From positions 1-32,493 of the IMG/VR virus record IMGVR_UViG_3300013125_000024: a DNA stretch of 32,493 bases; one strand, given 5' to 3'. The notes under the pieces were generated by a model. It searched no databases, was not told the origin of the DNA, and worked only from the letters and a program-made list of their open reading frames with translations. Made by a program: the position numbers and the translations under genes. Source of the DNA: a virus. Taxonomy: Duplodnaviria; Caudoviricetes. The stretch's first letter is position 1. Every line of letters starts with the position of its first letter. Shown in pieces: positions 18,791 through 24,871 of the stretch.

Positions 18791-19442
18791 TGTGCGGACA
18801 ACCTCCCCGGTACTTGGCCCAGTTACAGTTGTGGCAAAGCACTTGGAATAGGCCCGCAGGGTAACCTTGCTGTCTGGCCCACCGATAGACTCCATAGCCC
18901 GGCAAACTTCTCCTGTGCTGTGTCCCTCCGCCCTGAAGATGATCCAAGGTAAGGAACACGAGTTCTGTTTCCCCACAGCACGAACATGCTCCGCCATAGG
19001 CTCCGAGGACATCTGCCCGGAGGCGCTTTCGGTGTAAAGTTGCTTTTTGCCTCTCCTTTGGGGCAAGCCTTTCGTGGTGGTCTTTTCGATACTGGTTCGC
19101 TTTGGCATAAGTGCAGGGAATGCAGGTAGTAGCCTCTTGGAAGAAGGGGCCAGGTTCCCCACATACGAAGCACGTCCCATCAAACGCAGCACGGTGCTTG
19201 AGGGTGTTAGGATCCTGGTGAGACCGCCATCGTGTGTAATGTTTGATGCAGTAACCCCGGGCTTTCAAGGGCAGGGCGCAGGTCGGGATGGTGCAGGTGG
19301 ATCTGGGTTGCTTTGGTGTCTCTTTGATTCGGATGTTGGGGTCACCATGCCGTCGCCACCTTTCATAGTGTTTCCGGCACATTCCCCGACTGGTGGTCGC
19401 TTGGGCACAGTTTTCCAGTTGACATTGTCCGCTTCGTTTCAT
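18753..19442 (-). CDS. HNH-type endonuclease with N-terminal Cys/His zinc-finger repeats (229 aa), HNH-B
   Basis: ATG at 19442 with GGAGG 8 nt upstream. Two CxxxxC-x6-RGxCxKHYxRWRxHxDPN repeats, a CxxC...CxxC pair, then YGGACSCCGE..FLTLDH..GGG...LCHNCNWAK..GGCPH. Confidence 0.85.
   Translation of the reverse strand: MKRSGQCQLENCAQATTSRGMCRKHYERWRRHGDPNIRIKETPKQPRSTCTIPTCALPLKARGYCIKHYTRWRSHQDPNTLKHRAAFDGTCFVCGEPGPFFQEATTCIPCTYAKANQYRKDHHERLAPKERQKATLHRKRLRADVLGAYGGACSCCGETELVFLTLDHLQGGGTQHRRSLPGYGVYRWARQQGYPAGLFQVLCHNCNWAKYRGGCPHITEAKLDLHPTA
18817..18836. repeat. 20-bp exact direct repeat, copy 1 (GCCCAGTTACAGTTGTGGCA)
   Basis: Identical to 19466-19485; encodes CHNCNW(A) of the HNH on the minus strand. 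Confidence 0.9.
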
Positions 19443-19710
19443 GGGGGCACCCTCCATTAGACTTTGCCCAGTTACAGTTGTGGCAGAGGATCTGGTACTC
19501 CCGTGGGAACTCCAGGGCAATGATCTGGTCGTAGACCTTGATGAGCGATCCGGCGGACTGGACGTGCTTGCGTCCTCCACCATGGACGTGATCGATAGCA
19601 AGAAAGACTTTCCGGGTTTCCCCGCAACAAGTGCAACGAGAGCCATAGGCTGCAAGTATCCGTTCCCGTTTCACCTGGAAGATGGAGTTATTCACACTGC
19701 ACCTGGTCAT
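19363..19710 (-). CDS. Minimal HNH-type endonuclease (~115 aa), paralog of HNH-B, HNH-A
   Basis: YGSRCTCCGE..FLAIDH..GGG...LCHNCNWAKSNGGCPH. ATG at 19710 chosen as start, but there is no clear RBS and the frame is open up to 19845. Its 3' end overlaps the start of HNH-B by 80 nt. Confidence 0.75.
   Translation of the reverse strand: MTRCSVNNSIFQVKRERILAAYGSRCTCCGETRKVFLAIDHVHGGGRKHVQSAGSLIKVYDQIIALEFPREYQILCHNCNWAKSNGGCPHETKRTMSTGKLCPSDHQSGNVPETL
19466..19485. repeat. 20-bp exact direct repeat, copy 2
   Basis: Identical to 18817-18836. Confidence 0.9.
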
Positions 19711-19729
19711 AGGCTTTATGGTGACACAA

Positions 19730-19757
19730 ACAATCTGCCTGGCTACAGGCAGATTGT
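19730..19757. promoter_or_regulatory. Perfect 12-bp inverted repeat with a 4-nt loop (hairpin or operator)
   Basis: ACAATCTGCCTG-gcta-CAGGCAGATTGT, about 20 nt upstream of the HNH-A ATG. Followed by TTGTGT on the minus strand. The structure is seen directly; the role is inferred. Confidence 0.65.
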
Positions 19758-19772
19758 AAAGGGCGTTGATTT

Positions 19773-19795
19773 GTCTATCGCAAGCCTTGGTAGAG
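19773..19795 (+). promoter_or_regulatory. Recurring motif, copy 2 (GTCTAT-N11-GTAGAG)
   Basis: GTCTAT CGCAAGCCTTG GTAGAG. Both hexamers and the spacing are identical to 24824-24846. Confidence 0.6.
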
Positions 19796-19808
19796 TGCCG
19801 TTCTGCGC

Positions 19809-19904
19809 GGCCTACTTCTAGGGAATCAGCCCACCGGGTTGACACCTGCTGAGTCCATGCAGATGTTCAGCACAGACCGGAACACCTTGACGGGAGGCCG
19901 CTAG
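19809..19904 (+). pseudogene. Stranded putative original 3' end of the gp25-like gene (31 codons + TAG)
   Basis: Reads GLLLGNQPTGLTPAESMQMFSTDRNTLTGGR*. Its TAG overlaps the GTG of the next gene (TAGTG). The first residues resemble the present gp25 tail FMLLGANP. The frame is closed upstream by TAG at 19791. Confidence 0.55.
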
Positions 19905-22900
19905 TGGCTAACTACCCTGAGTTCATGGGCTCTGATGGCGTCCTGCGCCAGAACTACGTCCTGACCACGACGATTTCTACTCGGTTGTTCACGGGCACCA
20001 TCCCAGTGGACGCGGTGGATGTGCAGGTTTCGGTCCGTGGGGCGACGTTCACCTCGGACCCAGACTACATCACCTTCGAGGGTTCATCTTTCACACTGCC
20101 CAACCCCTCGGCGTTCCCTACGGGCTTGCAACTGCTGCCTGGTCGCAATGACGTTCGCATCCGGGCCATCCTGTCCAACGGTTCAGTGACCCAGGAAGCC
20201 ACGGCAGAGGTCTATCTCTCGCTTGAAAGTGACGTGGGGGACGTGGCTGATGCCCCCACAGGCATCTACCTGGAACGGTTCGACGACACGGTGAAGATCA
20301 CGGTCGATGGTTTGAACCCGCCGAACAGCACGGTGGTGGGCTACCACTTCTATGCCTCGTCTTCGCCTGGTGGCGGCACCGCAGGCTACTACCGGATCAA
20401 CCCCGCTCTGGTCATTTCAGGATCGGTGTTCGAGGACGTACAGGCGTTGTCGGCCCTCTCGGTCGATGCCTCTGTGGTGGTCGATTCTGAGGGTGTGACC
20501 GCAGCCGACCCCCTGTACTTCCGGCTCAAGGGCACCCAGGAAGACCGCAACGCCCTTGTCCTGGCGACCAACTTCAACGAGGTCATGGAGATCCCAGAGA
20601 ACACTGGGCGTTTCCGTGTGGAGACAACGGTCTCCACGGTGCGGGAGACGAATCGGTTCAGTTTCACCCATGACCGTCAGGGCACGCTGAACACGACCAA
20701 CCCGGCGTTGCCCCAGTCCACCTTGGCCTCAGTCCCCCCAACGGACCCGCTCTACTACGTCGTGACAGCGGTTCACCTGCTGGCTGACGGGACAGAGGTG
20801 GAGAGTGCCTTCAGCCCTGAGGTGCTGGGGTCCCCTCTGCGGGTCACCCCCAACGTGGGCAACTTCCCTCAGGTGAGTCGGCAGCAGATGCTGCGGGCCG
20901 CCGTACAGTCCATCTACCGCTCGCACCCCCAGATTCGGGTGGACCCGGGCTCCGCGCTGCGGGACACGTTCTTGGACCCCTTCACGACGGAGGCCGACCG
21001 CATCCGTTTCGTGATGGACTTCCTGCACAATGCCCAGAGCTTCACGACTTTGCTGGCGATTGATGACCCGACCCTGTCAGGGACGAGCATCCCTGTGGCT
21101 CAGTCGAGCTACAAGGTGGCCCTGCGGGAGGCGTTCTTCCTCACGTCGGATGCCGCCGTCCAGACCATCATTGACAACTGCTTCGACAAGCTGGCGAGCA
21201 ACTACGGGCAGCACCGAGATGGTGGCAACAGGTCTCGTGGTGAGGTGACTTTCTATGTCACGGCCAAGCCTGGCTCGTCCATCTCTCGACAGATTGGCAC
21301 GGTGGTCGGCAGTGGATCAGCCACCTTCCGCACAACTTCTTCGGCAACCATCTCGCCGGCAGGTGGCGGGCGGAACTACAACCCCGCGACTGGCAGGTAT
21401 TTCGCTCGGGCCTTCATCCAGGCGGATGCCCCAGGTACGGCAGGCAACTTGGCCGCTGGCCAGATCAGGGTCATCTCGGGCAACACCCTCAACGTCCAGG
21501 TGGTCAACGAAGGGCCGACCTTTGGCGGCACGGATCGGGAGTCCAACTTGGCCCTTGCTGAGCGGGCGATGCGGGTCTTGTCCGCCGTGGATTCGGGCAC
21601 TTTGCAGGGCTACAAGGACAATGCCATCAACGTGCCCGGAGTTGCTCAGGTTTCAGTCATTGAGGCAGGCAACGTCCTGATGATGCGGGACCGCAACAGC
21701 GATGGCCGTCACGTCGGTGGCAAGGTGGACATCTACTTGAGGGGCGAGAGCGTCTCCAAGGTCACCGACTCCTTTGCCTTCGCCTTTGATGTCGGCGAGA
21801 ACATGCAGTTCGAGCCTGTGGGGGACTTGTCAGCCCTGCGCTTCCGGGTCATTGACCCTCGGGTCACAGAGGCCATGCCTCTCATCGAGATGTTAGACCT
21901 GCCGAGCTTGGGCCTGGTGTTCGAGAATGCCACCCAGGGCTACGCCTTCGACCTGACGGATGTGCAGTATGGCCCCTACAACGAGATCGTCCTGTCACCG
22001 ACCTACAACGACCCGACGGCACACACCTTGGGCGACCAGTTCAGAGGCAGCTACCGCTACCGCACGAGCAACAAGTTCGTGCTCACCCGGCAGCCTGCCA
22101 TTGAAGTCTCGTCCTTCTCGGGCACGGTGACCGGCGAGGTCACACCTGGCATCTACAACCTGTACCGGGCGGCGGACCCATTGGATGTGGGACGGTCGAG
22201 CTTGGCAGGGGACTACATCCAGGTGCTGGAGCCTGTGAATTCCTCTGGGGCAACCATCCCTTCGGGCACCCCAGTTACAGTCACGGATGAGGCACATGTT
22301 CTTCTGGATGGCATCGAGTACCTGGACAACCTGGGGGCCAACTACCTCACGGTGCGGATCTGGAACAGCGACCGGACCACTGAGTACAACGGTCCCCTGT
22401 CCAATTTGACGCGGGACTTCACCATCGTTCCTGGCACCGAGGTCAAGCCGTTGGGTTTCCTGCTCACAGATGGGTCCCGGATGAAGGCCGGGGACACTGT
22501 GCTGGCGGACTACAGCCACGATGAGAACTTCACTGTGGCATACACCAGCAACGCAGTCGTGTCGGTGGTCCAGAACATGCTGGCGACGGACTCACATCTG
22601 ACGGCAGACGTGATTGCCAAGTGGGCTGTCGAAGTCCCTGTGGACATCGAGGCCACCATTGCCATCGAGTCTGACCAGGTGCCAGACACAGTGGATGCAC
22701 GGGTGCGGACGGCCCTGACGACGTTGTTTGGTGCCTTCGAGCTTGGCACCCCCATCCGGCAATCCGACGTGATCCGGGCCATTGATGAAGTTCTGGGGGT
22801 GTCCTACGTCGTGACCCCCCTGGTCAAACTGACCTACGGTGATGGGGCACTGCTGGTGCGGGAAGCTCTGACCACCGCCATCGAAAGTGATGCCTTCCAG

Positions 22901-23401
22901 GTGGCCGCCTGGTCATCTCCCACGGTCAAGGTCTACCTGATCAAAGAGTCACTCAGGGCGGCCACGACCTCCGCAGGTGGTCCTGCCCATGAGTTCCGGG
23001 GCGTTTTCCAAGATGAGGTGCGGATCGAACACCAGGAGACAGCGCCCAACTACAATGGTTACCCACTGCTGGCGTCCGCAGGTGGTGCCTACATCATCGG
23101 GGCTGATGGCCTCGACATCCCGGGCTATTCAGACGACGCCACTATCGTGGCGAACTACGTCCTGCCGACCAACACGGACGAGCGGGCAGCGGAGGTTCTC
23201 CGCATTCGCAAGTCTTTGACAGCGAACCGGGTACTGGTGAGCCTAAAGCCTGGTGGCACCCCGGAGGACACGCCGCTGCGGCACAACTACACCGTGACGT
23301 ACATCGTGTCCGGGGACATTGGGGTGAAGAACATCGCGCCTGGTCCCATTTCATACTTGGTCCTGGGCGACTTGAACTTCTCGTATGATGAGGCGACCTG
23401 A
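19904..23401 (+). CDS. Baseplate J / T4 gp6-like wedge protein, extended (1165 aa)
   Basis: GGGAGG RBS and GTG start. J-family-like segments VDPGSALRDTFLDP, RSRGEVTFY, IQADAPGTAGNLAAGQI, FGGTDRESNLALAER, GKVDIYLRG and LGTPIRQSDVIRAIDEVLGVSYV. N-terminal ~310 aa look Ig/FN3-like (VVGYHFYAS...YYVVTAV...ESAFSPEV). Confidence 0.85.
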   Translation: MANYPEFMGSDGVLRQNYVLTTTISTRLFTGTIPVDAVDVQVSVRGATFTSDPDYITFEGSSFTLPNPSAFPTGLQLLPGRNDVRIRAILSNGSVTQEATAEVYLSLESDVGDVADAPTGIYLERFDDTVKITVDGLNPPNSTVVGYHFYASSSPGGGTAGYYRINPALVISGSVFEDVQALSALSVDASVVVDSEGVTAADPLYFRLKGTQEDRNALVLATNFNEVMEIPENTGRFRVETTVSTVRETNRFSFTHDRQGTLNTTNPALPQSTLASVPPTDPLYYVVTAVHLLADGTEVESAFSPEVLGSPLRVTPNVGNFPQVSRQQMLRAAVQSIYRSHPQIRVDPGSALRDTFLDPFTTEADRIRFVMDFLHNAQSFTTLLAIDDPTLSGTSIPVAQSSYKVALREAFFLTSDAAVQTIIDNCFDKLASNYGQHRDGGNRSRGEVTFYVTAKPGSSISRQIGTVVGSGSATFRTTSSATISPAGGGRNYNPATGRYFARAFIQADAPGTAGNLAAGQIRVISGNTLNVQVVNEGPTFGGTDRESNLALAERAMRVLSAVDSGTLQGYKDNAINVPGVAQVSVIEAGNVLMMRDRNSDGRHVGGKVDIYLRGESVSKVTDSFAFAFDVGENMQFEPVGDLSALRFRVIDPRVTEAMPLIEMLDLPSLGLVFENATQGYAFDLTDVQYGPYNEIVLSPTYNDPTAHTLGDQFRGSYRYRTSNKFVLTRQPAIEVSSFSGTVTGEVTPGIYNLYRAADPLDVGRSSLAGDYIQVLEPVNSSGATIPSGTPVTVTDEAHVLLDGIEYLDNLGANYLTVRIWNSDRTTEYNGPLSNLTRDFTIVPGTEVKPLGFLLTDGSRMKAGDTVLADYSHDENFTVAYTSNAVVSVVQNMLATDSHLTADVIAKWAVEVPVDIEATIAIESDQVPDTVDARVRTALTTLFGAFELGTPIRQSDVIRAIDEVLGVSYVVTPLVKLTYGDGALLVREALTTAIESDAFQVAAWSSPTVKVYLIKESLRAATTSAGGPAHEFRGVFQDEVRIEHQETAPNYNGYPLLASAGGAYIIGADGLDIPGYSDDATIVANYVLPTNTDERAAEVLRIRKSLTANRVLVSLKPGGTPEDTPLRHNYTVTYIVSGDIGVKNIAPGPISYLVLGDLNFSYDEAT

Positions 23402-24813
23402 TGGCAGATCAGCCCACCAGCAAGACCACGTTGCCAGGTCTGCTCCCGCAGAACCCATCCTCGGTGACCCCGCAAGGGCAAGCCCTGGTGGTGGCCCGGC
23501 GGCAGCAGGTGGACAGCATCATGGCGGTGTTCCTCCAGATGCTGCCGTCGAACTATGTCTCGCAGGTGCAAGGCCCCTTCTACACGGTGCAGTTCCAAGC
23601 CGTGGCTGAGGTCATCGCCGACATCCAGATCGCAGCGCAAGAGGCATTCGCCGATTACGACTATGACTACATGCGCCCGGAGTTCCTGTTCCAACTTCTG
23701 GGCAGTCTGGTGTTCCCTGACGCGACCACGGATGGCTACCCCCTGCTCAAGGGTGATTTGACCTACCGTGAGTTCATGCAGCGGATGGTGGCTTTGCTTC
23801 TCCAAGGGGCGACCAAAGCCACGGTGGAGGGCGGCCTCAATCTTCTCAACCCAGATGCAGTCTGGACGGTCATCGAGAAGGGCCTGGCCGCTCGGGCAGA
23901 GAAGAAGCGCACCTGGAACAAGACTCTGGGCATCTGGGAGGCAGGGCCGGGCTCGGCTTGGGGCTTGGACGACCAGTTCGAGTTCGAGGTCAACGTCGTC
24001 TACAAGGACCCGACCACGGAGCGTCAACGGTTCCCCGAGGACCCCTTTGTGCTCCAGGAGAACGTCCGCATCGTTCTTCGGGCCTTGAAGCCTGCCCACA
24101 CGCTCTACGAGTACCGGCACCTGTTTGTCGAAGCCTTTGGATCCGTGTTCGATGATGCCTCGGCCTGGGACCTCTCCAACTACTACTACGAGGACTTCCG
24201 CAAGTTCTGCTGTGGCGCTCGGCAGGTTACAGGCACGGTGGGCACAACTTGGGCGGACAAGACGTTGTTCAGCGACCCCACGAGGGACTTCAGCCAGATC
24301 AGCCCTGGTGCAGATTTGACCATCACATCTGGCCCCAACAGCATCCACTCTGGGGGGGTCGAAGGCACGCCCGCTTCGATGGATGCCAAGCAGATCGGGC
24401 GTTACCGTGTCACCGATGTGCGGGCCTTTCCTCTCGGGACAGACACAACGCCTCGGGCCTACACGACGAGCCCCACGGGCTTGTCCGGGACGGCCACGAT
24501 CTCAGGGGACTGCCTGGAAGACTCAACTCAGAACTTCGGCCTTGCTGTCGAGGGTGAACTGATCACCTTTCTGGCTGGCCCGAACTCGGGGACCTACAGG
24601 CTGAAGATGCTCTTGGGCAACACGGGCGGCACGGTGGGCCTCACTGCTGGCCCGGCAACACGGGCTCGGATTGCGATGAGTTTGCTGCGACTCGACCGCA
24701 GGATGCGGTATGCAGCCAGCGGACAGGCTTACACTGTGACCGTGGATCGGCTAGGGGTTCAGGTGCCACACAGCGTTGCAGGGGAGGACGCCACGGTTCA
24801 CTTCATCCTCTAG
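23401..24813 (+). CDS. Baseplate I / gp7-like wedge protein (470 aa)
   Basis: TGATG-coupled directly after the J-like gene. Contains MLPSNY, PEFLFQLLGSLV, YREFMQRMVALLLQGATKATVEGGL and VLRALKPAHT, the layout typical of P2 gpI-like proteins, plus two small C-terminal beta repeats. Confidence 0.65.
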   Translation: MADQPTSKTTLPGLLPQNPSSVTPQGQALVVARRQQVDSIMAVFLQMLPSNYVSQVQGPFYTVQFQAVAEVIADIQIAAQEAFADYDYDYMRPEFLFQLLGSLVFPDATTDGYPLLKGDLTYREFMQRMVALLLQGATKATVEGGLNLLNPDAVWTVIEKGLAARAEKKRTWNKTLGIWEAGPGSAWGLDDQFEFEVNVVYKDPTTERQRFPEDPFVLQENVRIVLRALKPAHTLYEYRHLFVEAFGSVFDDASAWDLSNYYYEDFRKFCCGARQVTGTVGTTWADKTLFSDPTRDFSQISPGADLTITSGPNSIHSGGVEGTPASMDAKQIGRYRVTDVRAFPLGTDTTPRAYTTSPTGLSGTATISGDCLEDSTQNFGLAVEGELITFLAGPNSGTYRLKMLLGNTGGTVGLTAGPATRARIAMSLLRLDRRMRYAASGQAYTVTVDRLGVQVPHSVAGEDATVHFIL

Positions 24814-24823
24814 GCCGTATTTC

Positions 24824-24846
24824 GTCTATACGCCGGAAGGGTAGAG
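24824..24846 (+). promoter_or_regulatory. Recurring motif, copy 3 (GTCTAT-N11-GTAGAG)
   Basis: GTCTAT ACGCCGGAAGG GTAGAG in the 58-nt gap, ending 25 nt before the ATG at 24872. Confidence 0.6.
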
Positions 24847-24871
24847 GGCCACGCGACCTACGGAGGATCGG

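Larger units (their letters stand above)
18752..19808 (-). mobile_element. Antisense twin-HNH homing-endonuclease-like cassette inserted in the 3' end of the gp25-like gene
   Basis: The only credible minus-strand coding in the window. Four hand-counted 60-nt lines inside give 45-58% GC versus 68% for one flanking line. The left edge coincides with the HNH stop codon and the right edge with resumption of a gp25-like tail. Boundaries are inferred to within a few nt. Confidence 0.65.

Noticed and set aside
19443-19655. ORF-track 71-aa extension of HNH-B
   Set aside because: Ser/Thr-rich off-frame reading of HNH-A; there is a good RBS at the internal ATG 19442.
18749-19808. Group I intron interpretation of the HNH insertion (a U|...G junction is possible at 18748/19805)
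   Set aside because: The ORFs are antisense and leave only ~100 nt non-coding. I could not identify P3-P7 core elements, and gp25 terminates on its own at 18790. Disfavoured rather than excluded; an Infernal search or RT-PCR would settle it.
18752-19808. IS element / transposon
   Set aside because: No transposase motif, terminal inverted repeats or target-site duplication.
19047-19821. Plus-strand ORFs 19047-19460 and 19441-19821
   Set aside because: Antisense to motif-rich HNH genes, with no recognisable protein features.
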